From the NCBI GenBank assembly GCA_019828565.1, contig JAHDYR010000033.1:91727-155726 (forward strand): a DNA stretch of 64,000 nucleotides. Direction: 5' to 3'. Position numbers and translations under genes: made by a program. Positions 12,056 to 24,508 of this stretch are shown here, piece after piece; position 1 is the first letter of the stretch; the number at the start of each line of letters is the position of its first letter. The stretch is from Carpediemonas membranifera BICM. Taxonomy: Eukaryota > Protista > Fornicata. The notes beneath the pieces are model-generated. The model was not told the DNA's origin. It worked only from the letters and a program-made list of their open reading frames with translations, and searched no databases.

Positions 12056-12107
12056 GTGGCGTAAACGACGGGTATTCGAGAATTCGTTTTAATCAGGTGA
12101 TGCGTCA
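12055..12107 (-). repeat. E1 5' LTR (53 bp)
   Basis: Identical to 2926-2978. Confidence 0.95.
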
Positions 12108-13720
12108 TTGGCCCCACACTATTATTCCGAATGCTATCCTTGGCCATATGTAGGTCTGGAGTAGCAGTCTGCTGGCTACTGCCGGCATGTCCTTCCGTGT
12201 CCATCCTGTCCTTCGTACCAGTTTCTTGTATTTCTCACTCTGCTCCATTTTCTTGGCTATGCACGCCTTGAGGGGGTCCCTTCCGCTTGATATCCACAGT
12301 CCTAGGTACCTTTCACTCTCGCTAGCTTTGAGTGGGGTGCCTCCTAGTGTGATTTCCATGTCCTTGTCTCTTGCAATCAGTACGTTCTTGTCCAAGTTGA
12401 TCCTCATCTCGTGCGCTTCGACCACTTGGATGGCGATGTTGGATATCACCTCCGTATTTGTCTTTCCGTTCCCTGTGATCGCAGTGTCATCTACAAACAT
12501 TGTGATCTTTGCTGGGAGTTTCTCTCTGTATTTGTCCGGGGCCGCTTCAGGCAGCATGTCCACTGTGGCTGGTAGTCCTTGATGTAACTTCCGTATCATC
12601 GTTGGCCAGTTGACCATGAATAGTACAAAGAGCATGGGGGCGAGGACGCACCCCTGCTTTACGCCAGTGTTCGTCCTCTCCCACCTCTCCGCTCCGTCCA
12701 CTGTGATCCACGATTCCTCCAATGTGCCTCGGACTGCCCTTACTAATTGCGGGGCGACTCCCATCATCACTAGCTTCCTGACTAACATGTCCCTTGGGAC
12801 TGTGTCGTATGCCTTAGCTATGTCCAACATGACTGTAGCCGCATCGTCCAATGTCTGGTGCAGTTGTACTACGTGCATGATCTGGTTTGTGACCTGTTTC
12901 CTTCCCTGGAAACCTGCCTGCTCCATTGGTAGGTATTTGTCCGCCGTATCCTGCAGTCTTCCTTTTAGGAGCCTTCCATATACCCTGTATAACAGGGGTG
13001 TGAGTGAGATTGGTCTGAACGACGCTGCCTCCATTTTGTCCTTCCCCACCTTGTGGGTCGGGGACACGGTTGCGTATCTCCACGTGGTCGGCATCTTCCC
13101 TGTCCGGTAGACCTCATTCATGAGTGTTGTGACTTGTCTTATTCCCTGTTTTGGTAACTTCCTGAGTCTAGCTGCCGACATTCCATCCGGTCCTACTGCT
13201 GTGTCCGCCTTCATCCCGCTTATCGCCTTCCGTACCTCATCTTCCGTAAACTTGTCAATCGGCCTCTGCGGTAGTCCGAGTGGTTCCCACTCCGGTTCTC
13301 TACCTTTGCTGATGCCTGCGAACTGTCCGAGCAGGGCTCCTGCTATTTTTCCTTCGTCCGTTGTCAGTGCTCCTCCTACTTTGAGGACCTTCGGGGGGCC
13401 TCTGTACTGGGATTCACCCCACCATCGCTGGATTGCTCCGTCCACCATGGCCCTTGTGACCTTATACCCTTCCTTTGTACTGAGTTCTATTTCCTTAATC
13501 CACTGTTCTCTGCTCTCCTCCCTGTGTTGTTGGACCGCCTCGTTCATTCTGTCTTGCATCCTTCTTGCTCCCTCCTTGTTCCAGGGCAGCCTTCCGAGTG
13601 TAGTCCATAGGTCCTCCGGGAGGACTAGCTCCCTCTCTCTCCTCTTGGCTTCTCTCGGGCAGGGTCTGTCCATTATTTCCTTCCTCAGGATCCTCTCCCA
13701 TACTTCCGTGCTTTTCAGTC
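12108..13720 (-). CDS. LINE-A ORF2 reverse transcriptase domain (interrupted at both ends)
   Basis: GPDG, FRPISL, EQAGF, LDIAKAYD, GVKQG..LAPMLF, FVDD, YLG non-LTR RT motifs. Confidence 0.92.
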
Positions 13721-15992
13721 CGCCATCGAATTCAGCTAAGTCGAAAGACTATGTTCGGGGATGGATAAAAGGCCAACGGCCTGTCCCAGTAAACTGGTAC
13801 AGCGCCCCCATCAGCTCAGAAGGAGCGGCCTCAGCTTCCTGTCCGCCAAACTCAAAGGTGCATTCATGGATCTCCGCCGGGCGCGAGTGGGAGCTCCACG
13901 CCCAACACAGAGACACTATAAGAGGATAATGAACAGAGATTTAACAGAGAAAGCAGGGAAACCCACAGAGAACACCGAGAAGCCGCGACCACTTTTGGTG
14001 AAGGAGGAGTGATCAAGCAGAGGCACAGAGACCAAAGATAGCCCTCATGTAGGCACTACCTGGAGTGAAGTCAGTCCTAAAATCCCGAGACCACCCAGCG
14101 AGAAAATCAGCGTGCATTTTTGGACAGTGCGCCATTTCGCCGTAACGCAGTTTACGGCCGAACCAGAGAAAAAGAAGAAAACTGAGACCCCTACACAGTT
14201 GCAGGAGCCGCACAAGGCCACGCTGACCGATTTTCAGGACGATACATTAGCCAACTTTTTTTCATGCAGGCGAAAATGGCAACGAAGAATCGCAGCAAAA
14301 GTATCAGAGAATTACAGAGAAACAAACAGTGACCGCAGATAACGAACATATTTATAGTAAGCAACCATATGACCAACATAGACCATCCGGGAAGCTTTCA
14401 GAGACAGTGCATCGACGAACATCCTGAGACCAAATGCAGATATGCCTCAAAGGTATGCAGAGACCAAAGCAAACAGCAACATACAAATACTAACAGCACC
14501 TCCAGCAGATTCAGCAGCGTGCATGGACCACAGCGGCCACACTAGACCGACAGTTTTGCCTTTCAGAGGCTGAGACCAGACAACAACAGCACATCAAGAG
14601 CAGAGACCGAGCAGAGATCAGAGAATACCAGGGGCAGGTGAGGGTGGCCGGGCAGTCCACGGATGAGAAGGCCCCCCCCCTGCCGCCGCCGACACACCCC
14701 AGTCAGTAGGCGGTACCTGGGGCAGTGGCATGACAGTAGCGACGAACGTGGAATGGCCATCGAGCAGGTTGCTCTCTCAAGTCTCGCAGTAAACGCAAGA
14801 CTGGAACAGGAGGGAGTAAAGTAACGTATTGCAGAGTTTCAGAGACCATGCAGTCAATTCTGGTACCTTTTCTGGAACAAATAGTTCCAGAATTGGTTCC
14901 AGAATGCCAGAAAAAATGGCATTTGCAAGAAAAACTAAACGCGTTCAAACAATTTAGCGACGCCTTGCCACGGGGTGTAAAGCAATATGCAACTAATACT
15001 GGGCCCAAGGAACGTTGATACGTACTGCTCTCATGAACTCACTCACTTTTCAGCAGAGCTCGACCAAAAACTAACAGAGGCTTGCCCGAGGTGTGCTTAA
15101 GCCAGCTCCAACTCTCTCTCAGTCTGTGACAGCTCCCCCAAAAAATTATTCTTGCTCAAAGTTGAGGTTTTCGGAAATACTGCCAAAAAGTTTGCTTCTG
15201 CTCAAGAACGGGGGATGCGCGTTGGATACCGACACCGTTACGTAACAGTTTAACATTCATTATAACAGCGCTAGCCTCCAGATTTCCTTGCGCACGCCTT
15301 TATCTGGAGAAAATAGCACAAACTTTCGCAAGCAAACGCAAATCGATAGAAAAATATGTTTCATGTCCAACGGAGCTAAAACTGAGCACAGTGTTATTCA
15401 TCCTTCTATTCTACTAGTTTATCACTTCAAAAGGATCTGAACTTCAGTATTGATGGTGTTATAGGCACTGGTTCGGTTCGAGTCAAAACTGACTAAACTG
15501 TGACGACGGCTAGGTGTTGAAACATGCCATGCTCACTCGTAGCGTGGCGCTTAATAGTGCCAGAATTGCTTCAAATCAATGGAGGTTCATGTTTGTGCAT
15601 AAAGTGCACAAACATGAGAAGACACGAATTCGTCACTGAATTACAGACGATGCGCAGAAGAATCAAAGATTTGGTTCAAATAGAGGAATACTACCTCTTT
15701 GCAGACGATATCGCGAAGGAATACCTTGATGTTGCGTCCATATACCTGATGAAGGCAATCCTACGTTCTCAGTGAGGCAACTAGCAAACATGAACCGTAT
15801 CAAGAGACAAATATTGAAGCACTCCCCGTCCACATCATGTTTGGTAAATTTTCTGGTGTCATTCTGCTGTTAATATCAGACAAGCAAACAACGTAGTGAT
15901 GCGGAGAGACCGCGTGCTGCTAGAATACGCAGGGCATGATGCGCCCTGTTGATACCAGGAGCGCTGTCCTTAATCGCTGAGCTAACATTGCA

Positions 15993-17936
15993 TTATTTAT
16001 ATATCGCATATATCCGGAGATACCAATTTGGGAAGAGACTTGCGATTGTGGCATCGGTGACGTGATCCGATGAGTAATAAAGGGCCTGAAGCTTTCCAAT
16101 CAGGAAAATAAATGAGCGAAGGGTGCTGTCAAATCCATCAATGTGATCATTCACGAGAGTGGCCAGCTTCCGCCGATTCCACCTCTGCTCGTTGCAACCC
16201 GTGGTCCTCTTAAAGTCGGCCTCAATCTTGTCTAATGTGTAAACATTGGAACCTGCACAGCTTTTCTTGATCAATCCAAGGACAATCCAAAGATCCTTCA
16301 TCAAATAATGGCTTATATGCATGACTGGCGGAATAAGCAAGGTCCCCGCGAACATTGGCTGGATTTCATGGATACCACTAGACGTCAGGCGACTGAAACA
16401 ACACATATCGATATTGCGTCCGTCTGCCTGCCCAAAACGCTGTGTGTCAGGGGTAAGCCCGTTGAAACGCAAGCTGACAGTGTCGCGTAGTGTCAAACGA
16501 TTACACCTGTCCTTAAATGGATCGGTTGCGACGTAGAACATGTTAAGAGAGGAGAATGGTGAGCGGTAATAGCCACCCCGCTTCACACCTGAGACAATTT
16601 GAAGAGCCTTGTGATCACCGCTAAGACCAAGGAGTCGCACGATGATTCTACTAGCTGGCCTGTAGTGACTCACGCCAGAAGGAAGCGGCACATCAACCAA
16701 TGAGCGAAGCAGGCGCTCGATCGTGCCAAAGAAATCCGGTAAGAACTTCTCAGACCCTTGATACATGAGAAGAGTCATGGGAGGAGTTATTCGCTGTGGT
16801 AGAACACACCCTGTCCTGTCAAATAGTCTGAACTTCACTGCCGTAGCATCAGCTCGATATCCATCAAACCAGACGATCAAATCTATCGTTTGCTCTCTGG
16901 AATCATCGGCAACAACAGAGCCCATCAAAGCCTTTTTGTAAGCCTTAATATCGCGTTCAATCCGTGAAGGATGCTGCAGGCAAAACTTAACAAGCGCGAG
17001 TGGGTCATAAGTCACAGATTTGACAACAATGCGCTCTTTTCTGGCACAGATATCAACAGCTGAAAACTTCAAATCCGTACAGATCTCCTTTGCCCGACTG
17101 AGTGTCTCTGCATTCTCGTGGCAGACGAACACTCGACCAGCGCCATTTCCAAGCTTCTCGTGGTGATACACATAGGCGCACTCAAGGTGCTGCAATCTCA
17201 TGTAGAGATCAGGCAGCCGGGCGCTGTCATCTTCATTGTCAGAAACTTTCACAGGTACGTAGAACACATTCGTGACGGAAACTGCCTGTGAGAATCCGGC
17301 AGCACAGTTCATCTGCAGTGACTGTGTCGTAACACCATCATGACCAGTCACATCCTTGTGCTCAGGCGTGAACGCCATCATATCATGGATGAGCGTGGGC
17401 GTGCGCTGTAACACACACTTCATTTCATCTCTTGAAACTATGTCATATCCCAAGCTATCAAGACTCTGGACAGCAGGTGGTGTATAGGCTTCAAGGGCCG
17501 TCCTCAACCCCATGTTATCTGCCAAGTCAAGGAACACCTTTCTGAGGCGAGAAAACTTATTGATGCCAAGATCGACGGCCAAAATCGTTGACATCGCCTT
17601 GTACAGTGGGAGCGCTTCGTCCCTGATATCCCTTCGCGTCACACGCACATGATGGTTGCTAGCTCGTTGCGCGTGTAGTTTTTGCCAATCCTCATCAACA
17701 ATCGCCTTTCGAAGCGGCATTTCTACGCCCTTTGTCGCTCTAGCTGTACGCGACAAGAACTGAATCAGACAACGCTTGCATTGTTCTTTGGAGTCACAAG
17801 TGAAAGCTCCTTGTCTGTTCTTCCGCAAGAATTCGTCGAGAATTGCTGAAACGATCTCCTTCAAGGTGCTATTGTCCAAGAACTCGATCACAGCGTCATC
17901 TGTCACAGTGGATAGTTGAAATGATGCGTTACTCAT
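15993..17936 (-). CDS. Putative DDE transposase A (CMC/Transib-like), C-terminus missing
   Basis: Shares VWFDG, ITPP, GDH..L..GG.Y.SPF, PPVMH, RTTGCNEQ, LQALYYS with 20271 and 46372 proteins; lacks their EE.FER segment. Confidence 0.55.
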   Translation of the reverse strand: MSNASFQLSTVTDDAVIEFLDNSTLKEIVSAILDEFLRKNRQGAFTCDSKEQCKRCLIQFLSRTARATKGVEMPLRKAIVDEDWQKLHAQRASNHHVRVTRRDIRDEALPLYKAMSTILAVDLGINKFSRLRKVFLDLADNMGLRTALEAYTPPAVQSLDSLGYDIVSRDEMKCVLQRTPTLIHDMMAFTPEHKDVTGHDGVTTQSLQMNCAAGFSQAVSVTNVFYVPVKVSDNEDDSARLPDLYMRLQHLECAYVYHHEKLGNGAGRVFVCHENAETLSRAKEICTDLKFSAVDICARKERIVVKSVTYDPLALVKFCLQHPSRIERDIKAYKKALMGSVVADDSREQTIDLIVWFDGYRADATAVKFRLFDRTGCVLPQRITPPMTLLMYQGSEKFLPDFFGTIERLLRSLVDVPLPSGVSHYRPASRIIVRLLGLSGDHKALQIVSGVKRGGYYRSPFSSLNMFYVATDPFKDRCNRLTLRDTVSLRFNGLTPDTQRFGQADGRNIDMCCFSRLTSSGIHEIQPMFAGTLLIPPVMHISHYLMKDLWIVLGLIKKSCAGSNVYTLDKIEADFKRTTGCNEQRWNRRKLATLVNDHIDGFDSTLRSFIFLIGKLQALYYSSDHVTDATIASLFPNWYLRIYAIYK

Positions 17937-18890
17937 TCTGAGATGTCTTATGCCCTAAAGTGCACGGCCATGTGGCTTTCATCAACAGGCCCGTCACATC
18001 AGCCATATCAGGGTGACTAGTAAGGCAAGCTAAGCAGATATTCAGCTGCATGAATGCCGCCACTTGCCCCGAATTGTTCTGATTTCATTTAGTGTGCACT
18101 TTAGGGGATAGTTTCATTGCAACGCCAAAATGGCGAGTTCAGGTTGTAGCAATGATCTGATGCGCGGAACGTACTAGAAAACATTGCAATTACAACGCAA
18201 AGCAGCGAAAAGCGGAGAAATCAACATCAATAAGAAGAGAGAGCAGGAAAAGCACCAGAAGTAAATGGCGAGTGATTATCAACTGGATGCAGAGGCTGAG
18301 CAGCGTAACTAGCCTGCCAGGGTCCGTGTACACAGTATGTGTCTTGGCCAAGCTTGACTTCGTCGGTTGGCCGAAAAAGCATAAACTGCACGGGTCCAGG
18401 TCGGCAACCGTTGCCGACCTGGAAGCCGCTCCTTGGGCGTTGAAGAACAGAAGAGAAAGCGATCAGCGATGCTTTTATGCAGTATTAAGCAGGTTGTGCG
18501 CGTAAAATGTCCGGTAATGCATTCGTCACCATCTAATCAACATCAACTCTTTTTCTCGGCAATGCAGAGGAGAATGCCCGTCACTAAAGGATGATTTGGT
18601 ACTAACAGGCTTTTAATAAGCATGTCAAGCCTGTGATCACGATAACAGCCTTCAATAACTACATCAAGGCAATACATCAAGAAGATTGTTTAAAGAGACG
18701 GCGGGGAGCAAGATGCAGGGAGAGCGGCAGGGAAACGAAGGCATGGGGACAGGAGCCCGAGAAGAGCGCCTGGAGAACGGTGAGGAAGAACGGCGGGGAA
18801 GAGCAGCCGGGCGCATGGGTACACACATCTGTCATCATGTGGCATCAACATTGCCACAGTGGTCAACTCAATAACAAGCAATGTCTTCAT

Positions 18891-20173
18891 TTACTCACTG
18901 TTCTGGATCACCAATTCGTACGACGAGTAACAGTCGGGACAGAGCCGAATCTTGGGAATCGACTTGCCACAGATGACAATCTTCAGCAGCTCCATCTGTA
19001 CGCAGTTGGCAGAGTTACAGAACCAGTGCCCGCACTGCCTACAGTGCACGGCTGAGTCGTTGCGTCGGCATGCGTAACACTTCTTCTCATTGAGGCAATA
19101 GCTACACGTGTATTTCCAGCGACCCTTAGTGGACTCGGCCCAGTTCTTGTTCTTTCCAGTCTTAGGCCGGGGAGGGACACAGCGTGAGTTGTCGTGGAAG
19201 TTCACTTTGCATTCCTGGCAAGTCACAAACTTTGACGTCACGCGATTGTCGATCCAGTCCAGACTGTGGCAATGGCCGCAACAGAAACAAAGCAGCCTAT
19301 TCTGAATGTCGAGAATCGAGAAAGAATCATCACCGACCTCAGACACATCGTCATCGTTGTCCCCTTGGCTGGCCAGACGTGCCTCCACGGTGGCGAGCCT
19401 CTGATCGACACTCATCGCGACACGGTGAACATCGTGCAGCACAATCGACTCGCGAGGCGCTTGAGGGGAAGCTGGAGAGGGAACCGAAGTGGGACCGGAC
19501 GATGAGTGCAGGAAAGGCTTCACTTTTCACGCAAAGCTCTTGCTTCACGTGTGTAAGGGCGGGGGTGGCAGGGTTGGGGATTTCAACTGTTCTGCACTTG
19601 CCCACAAATCTCTCCGGGTCATTGATATCGGGCACACAGAGATTAAAGTCTCGGGAGTCGAGATTATCTGGCACAGGAATATTGAGTCTCGACAGGACGG
19701 ATCTGATCGCGCTGGTTAGCTCCGAACGGACTGGGCGAGGAGCTCTTGCAGAGAGCATGGACAACCTTGGGTTTCCCGTCAGATATGGCCACAGTCACCC
19801 CCATCGTCTCAGCCCAATCTCGGACGTTCTTCGCAACAACCCTTCCCATCGAGACGCCAGGTTTCAACTTCAGCTCATCGAGGAAGTCCGGTGTTTCGGA
19901 GCACGGCTGAAGAAACGACACGATGATGTGGTTGAACGCATTTCCGAGCTTTTTGATGGACAGGCCAGTTGGGTTTGAGTCAAAGACGTCAAACGCAAAC
20001 GTGAAGAAGGCCTTAAGCATGCCCATCATGAGAATTGACCGGCAAGTACTCAAAGCGGTTGTGTTCCACTTCGTCATCGGTCTCGATCTCTTAGAAACAG
20101 CCTTAACTGCATGATCGTCCGCCATGTTCTCATTTACGGCCGCGCGCTTCGTTTCTAGCTCCGTTTCTGTCAT
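18891..20173 (-). CDS. PHD-like/Cys-rich zinc-finger protein (frameshifted pieces), homologue of 55671..56891
   Basis: CGHC...TCQEC..FH..C...CSYC..CYAC..CRQC..WFC..LCPDC, same pattern as the 55671 protein. Confidence 0.65.
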
Positions 20174-20270
20174 TCCAGAGTAGATTTTCTACTAAAAATT
20201 GGCATTGTTACAACCAATCATTAACATTAATAGAGAAGGAGAATAAAGACTCACCAGCCCGCGGCCAATC

Positions 20271-22885
20271 GTGACTCAGGTTCGCATCAGACGTCGAAAG
20301 AGACGAGTTAAACATGAGGCTGGGCAATTGTCTTCTGAGCTAATCCTTAACCTTTCAAAGAGGATGCTAATACCGAAGTGGACGCTATTACACGGCACTA
20401 TTTATGCTCCTCAAGAGGATACTGGCATCAACACCATTCTATGCAGCGTGTACCTTTCCATTGACTCAGATAACGTCAGCACACATCGGTTTCGTGTTTC
20501 CAAAGCTCCCCAACGCCGTGAGTTCGTCCAGGTTGTTCAAGAGTTGCTCAGTGCAGGATATATATGTCGCCAGGATGTTTCAAAGCAGCTGTACCCCTCT
20601 CCGACTGCCACATCTATCGCTGCGGAGAAGAGGAATCACACGACTTACCCAAGAGCCTACGTGAAGCATACATCCGCAGTTGACACTCTCGCAGCCGAGA
20701 ATGAGTGTCTACGGAAGCGTCTGGCCGACACGGAGCGCCTGATTCAACTAACGAACCAGCTCAAGTCCATCACAAACGGATACAATGCCGTTAACGACGA
20801 GATCCGCATAATGAACTCTCTTGCAGGTAGGCTTAACCTTGATATTGTGCGGATATCTCCTGTTACCTCGAAGATCAAGTCTCTCGCGTGTAATATCCAG
20901 AATATGGAGGAGATAGAATCACTTCTCCAATCTGACACCGCTTGGAGGAGATTTATCCGCAGTCACGTTCCCGCCAACATTCAGCACAGGGTAACGGCGA
21001 GAAGGTCTGATCAGGCCAATCAGGAATATGAGCTCGACCTCATCACCCATGTCGAAGCTCCTCTTGATGTTGTACGATCATCTATTCAGGGCGACTCGGC
21101 CCATGCAGAGCACGTTGCAGGAAAGATCGTCGTCTTCTATGACTCAGAGCAGGACCGTGAGACTCACTATAGCATCATGAAAGAGCAAGGCCTCACCCCT
21201 CGGATGCAGACGAGTGCAAGATATACCCATGTATATCATGCATCATTTGATATCATGGAGTATTATCGCCAAGCGGTTGCATTCCCCGTATCGCTGGAGA
21301 CGTCACGATCCGGGCGCAAGAGTGCAGCTCGGACATTAAGACGACAGAGTCATTCCGCTGAGACGGGGACGATCCCACTCGTGTTAGAGTTGTGGGTCGA
21401 TGCGTGGAGAGGGCTGACAACCGCTGTTAAGATTCGTTTCCTCGACGACTCCCACAAAGTCTTTCCGTCTGGTGCGACTCCTCCTTTCCGGATTCTTGAA
21501 TACAACGGCCCAGAAAGTCTCATCACTGAGCATTTTGCCTTCATTGAACAGTCCATCGAGAGCACACACCGCGAGGTGCTGGAAGTCAGGAACACGGGTC
21601 TCCTCTGCCGAGTAACGCGTGTCTTTATTATCGCTGACCATCCAGCCATGTCCAAGGTTTGCGGGGCACTCATTGGAGGCAATTACCCCTCGCCATTCAG
21701 TCCCGTTCATTCGAAGAACAAGGGCTGGAGTCCCTTTGGTCGCACCCCGCGCTGCACCTTGGCAGATATCCTGCTGGCGAAGCATAAGTCACAGTTCGAC
21801 ACTATTATGGACAGAGAGGCCAAATGGGGATCCTTCTATAACCATCAGAAGAAGTGCATCGCTCCCACTTTGTTTGAGACGTCGACTGCGTCGCTGCCCA
21901 GAGACTGCGTCTTCTTATTCCCTCCAATCATGCATGTCAGTCATGACTTTGTGTCGTTGATTCATGCCATGTGCCGCATGTTCAAGCCAGAGCCAATTGA
22001 CCCAGAGAGCGACCCTCGTCAAATTAAGGAGGTGAAGGCAAGGAACGCGATGCTAGCGAATCTGGCGTCGTTTGAGCCACCCAGCCGTACGACGGGCTGC
22101 AACGAGCAAGTCAAGGGGAGAAAGATGATAGCATCGATTGGACTTAAGCTGCATCGTGCGTTCCCGCCCCCGTGCAGTCATTATTCATACTCGCTGCATA
22201 CCTCCAGGAGCACTACTATTCCCACGAGGATGTAACTGAGAACATGGTCGTGTGGCATCGCTTGACAGCACTTCTCGTGCACCTCTTCTCTGTGACCATG
22301 TGTCTTAGCACATCTAACACGGTTGCCCCAGACATTCCGATCCGTCAACCATCTGCGACTCCCGATACGGCGCCGTGTGTTGATACACTTCACGGATTGG
22401 CGCGTATTGCCGCGCTGCCGGATATACAAGCGAAGACTCGGGCTTCCTTTGGTCGAGTCATCGAAGAGTGCTTTGAACGTGATTTCATTGGGAATCAGGA
22501 GAGTCGAGTGCGATTGCGTCAGAACCAGACGGTTCTTGAGAGCACTATTCTGAAGGAGCAGGTTGAGTTGCTGTTCAGATGCCTTCGTGGAGTGATTTCC
22601 TACGGAAGACGCGAAACAGATGTCCCACCCCAGTCACCCCTGAAACATATGCGCATTCATAAGTGTTGTAAGGATGCCAATTGGTGGCTTCGTATCCGGA
22701 GTGTGCATTCTAAGACGCTGACAGCGACTGAGTGCCAAAAGCTGCACATGGTGTTTACGAAGGAAGTCAACGGCCTATGGCGCACTGTCTTGTCGAAAGC
22801 AGACTGTACCTTTGACTCAGACTGGCTGTATGTTCCCATTCACGAGCAGGGACACACTCTTGATGTTTGCATATGTAAGAGATAG
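20271..22885 (+). CDS. Putative DDE transposase B (frameshift near 22170-22235)
   Basis: LWVDAW, ADH, GGNYPSPF, PPIMH, RTTGCNEQ, EECFERDFI, HKCC, terminal CIC; colinear with 46372..48910. Confidence 0.6.
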
Positions 22886-24508
22886 TAAAGATCGGATTTA
22901 GTCTCGCGGTCAATCTCACGTGGCCCAGAGCAGCGTGCTCCTGGAATCAACAGGGCATAAAACACCCTGCGTATTCCGGTAGCACACCGTTCTGACTCAT
23001 ACGTCCGTCTCTGGTTGTCGTATACAGGTCTATTTACGTGTTTGGCGATGGCGCTCCCTTAAATCTGCTTGAACAGCGTGTCGTGGCTGTCAGTATGCTG
23101 CAAATGTCTCAGCGAGAAAGGAGTCACCAATCGCGTTCAGCTTTCTTGTTTCTCGCCTGATAAGGCTCGTAATATCGTTCAAGCGTGAATCTATGAAGTA
23201 ATGGGACTGAATGGCCTCTATTGCGTCAATTTCTTGCGTAATCGTTGTTGAATGGCCTAGAATAGATGTTGCAGCTGCTTCCAGCTCCTGTTGCATAGTA
23301 TATGCTGTGTTTTGGATAATTGGTCGTGTTCAGGCAGAATTTTTTCGTGCAAAGTGCAGGCTAATACGCGCCCTTAAACTGTGGGATCAGCCGATGGGTA
23401 AATATACTGAGAAAAAACCATATAGCTGAGTTCACTGTCTTGTGCTGAATACGGTGGTGCCATTTATTTCTCTGAATCGCTAAGTTTTGTCAGCGTTGAC
23501 CGCGCACGACCGGTCGTCCTTACGCGATGTCACCAACACCATCATATTCTTCCCCCTGATATTCTACGTGTCCCCCAGTCTGGATTCGTGGTCTGCAATA
23601 TTCACAGAGATATTCGCCTTCTCTTTCGCGAATTTGACTCTGATCAAGTCGAAAACCGAAAAAACGACCATATCTCGAAATCTACACGTTGGAATCGGTA
23701 CCAGAGTGATTTTGCGCATATGTACATCCCGTCAGCAGTCTGCAAAATCACTCTCATACCGATTCCAACGTGTCAATTTTGAGATATTGCTCGTTTCATC
23801 GTTTTGCCTTAACCTGCGTCGCAAAGAAGTCGAAATCAGTGCTTAGACCGCACTTTACCTCTTTACAGGCTCTCTGCATACGCGCTTTAGTATGCAATGA
23901 AGGTATTCATTTTCCCGTAAATTGTTTAAATTCAATGAATACTTCATTTTCGGTCCGGAAGAAATAGATAATCTAGGGTTTTTAGGCCCTAGATTATCTA
24001 GAAAAAATCGTAGATTATCTACCGACTTTCACAGTATGGCGAGCATAAAGTGCGCGAATGCGCGGGTCAGTTCCCCCGTTTTCAGCGAAGCTGATGCGAC
24101 AACACAGAGGCAAGCGAATCCTTACACCTCAGGCGTTTCCAAGAGGCCGTTGTCTGCCAGGATCTATAAGCAGTGATGAGATATACGGATTTCAGACTTT
24201 CTGCCTGCACGACCTCAAATGTTGACTCCCCTCGGCACCGAAAAGGCACCTATATCCATGAATACCCTCTACAGTGATGTATCCACCCGATAAATGGATT
24301 TCAAATTTGTCGGGTCTCATGATAAATGGATTTCAGACTTTCGTACTGTTGGCCAGCTGAGAATTTATGAACGACCTCTAGAATATTTTGAAATGCAAGA
24401 ACGTGCCTATGGCACTCTTTTGTACCCCTGAACACGGGTTGACCACTGTTTTGGGCATTTGGAGATTCGAATTTTTGTGCATGACGAAAGTCTGAAATCC
24501 GTATATCG

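Larger units (their letters stand above)
2926..12107 (-). mobile_element. Ty3/Gypsy chromovirus E1, full length, 53-bp LTRs, contains E2
   Basis: Identical TG..CA repeats at 2926-2978 and 12055-12107; TSD TTGG (2922-2925/12108-12111); PPT AGGGAGGGCAG; gag-PR-RT-RH-IN-chromodomain order. Confidence 0.95.

Noticed and set aside
12055-12107. Tf1-type self-priming by an LTR-encoded complement of the PBS
   Set aside because: No LTR contains the full complement of its PBS-position sequence; E1 has only TGATTAA.
13699-13710. CATACTTCC as the missing partner TIR of the 27306 end
   Set aside because: Only 6 bases match the 48-bp TIR and the sequence still reads in frame as LINE ORF2.
13740-15500. 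Possible genes or RNA genes in this spacer
   Set aside because: Only short ORFs without motifs; no tRNA or rRNA pattern recognised.
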